A stretch of DNA of 64,000 bases from Adineta vaga (taxonomy: Eukaryota > Animalia > Rotifera), in contig CP075494.1 of NCBI GenBank assembly GCA_021613535.1, forward strand, positions 15,748,001-15,812,000, read 5' to 3'. Numbering within the stretch: position 1 is the first letter of the stretch; the number at the start of each line of letters is the position of its first letter. The notes under the pieces were generated by a model, which did no database searches, had not been told where the DNA came from, and worked only from the letters and a program-made list of their open reading frames with translations. A program made the translations under genes and the position numbers. Shown in pieces: positions 63,360 to 64,000 of the stretch.

Positions 63360-64000
63360 CTATACTCCAAATAAACGAGCCAAATCTTTTCGATTTTCTT
63401 CAACAAAAATACGATCATCACCAGTAGGTGTAACAACTAAAGATTGGCATAAAAGTTTTAACAAATGTTGAGCTTTGTCTATTTGTGATGTTCGATAATA
63501 GAGACGAAGTAGTCCTATAATCCCTTGGTATAGAAAAGGTGATACTAGTCCAGTATTTGTTGATAAACCAAATTCATGTATTTCGAGAAGTTTCTTGTAA
63601 GATTTAAATGCATTCTCAGTGTCATTAGTGTCACCATACATTTTACCTGGAAAAAGTTGAAAGTAAACATTAAATTTTTATACAAACAATGTTCTATAAA
63701 GTACATGAGAAGAACAAAAGAGAAAACTAAATATTGCGTGAGATTGTCGAGCTTCTTCACCGAGTATTCAAAACTTTCTACAGCGTTTTTTTTAGATAAT
63801 TTTCATCATTCGCTTCATTGTTAAAGAAAACTGATATCACAAAGTCAAAGAGTTTTTGAAATAACGAACTGAGTTCTTCTCTCAACTTTAACTTACCTAA
63901 AGCCAATAACGGTTCAATTAATCCAAATCGATATCTTTCTCTTCCAGATTCCTTGTATGTATTTTCAATATCTGTCATCATTTTTAGCATTTCACCGATT
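63360..64000 (-). CDS. 3' end of a helical/TPR-like protein (runs off the window)
   Basis: Two exons; GDTNDTENAFKSYKKLLEI and LLRLYYRTSQIDKAQHLL resemble TPR helices. Confidence 0.5.

Overview
AT-rich eukaryotic (animal) genomic DNA with many short (~45-70 nt) GT-AG introns. The gene content points to a bdelloid rotifer (Adineta/Rotaria-like): expanded GPCR, NHL and F-box families, a DYW-type PPR gene, TGTGGG/TGAGGG telomere-like motifs, and many fungal- or bacterial-looking genes. This assignment is inferred, not database-confirmed. The left half holds three identical tRNA-Asp genes and ordinary metazoan genes: a coiled-coil protein, FAM69/DIPK1, SETD4-like, PRDX6, a p62-like PB1-ZZ protein, GPCRs, a nucleoredoxin-ZZ protein and WDHD1/Ctf4. 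It also has a secreted-protein cluster: a decayed multi-trypsin gene, a 21x16-aa repeat precursor, an ependymin-like protein and a PAN/Apple protein. About 37-56 kb is an accessory island dense in candidate horizontally acquired genes: three LURP-one/Tubby-C-like genes, a secreted putative ART/RES-fold protein with a fungal-type glucan-binding tail, a fungal-type sulfate permease, a Shr3-like protein, a DUF5367-like protein and an apparently intact PPR-DYW deaminase. The ART-like gene and the sulfate permease lie between a 41-bp inverted-repeat pair. Short hairpin elements built from telomere-like repeats are dispersed through the window. All family calls come from motif recognition by eye and need HMM/structure confirmation.
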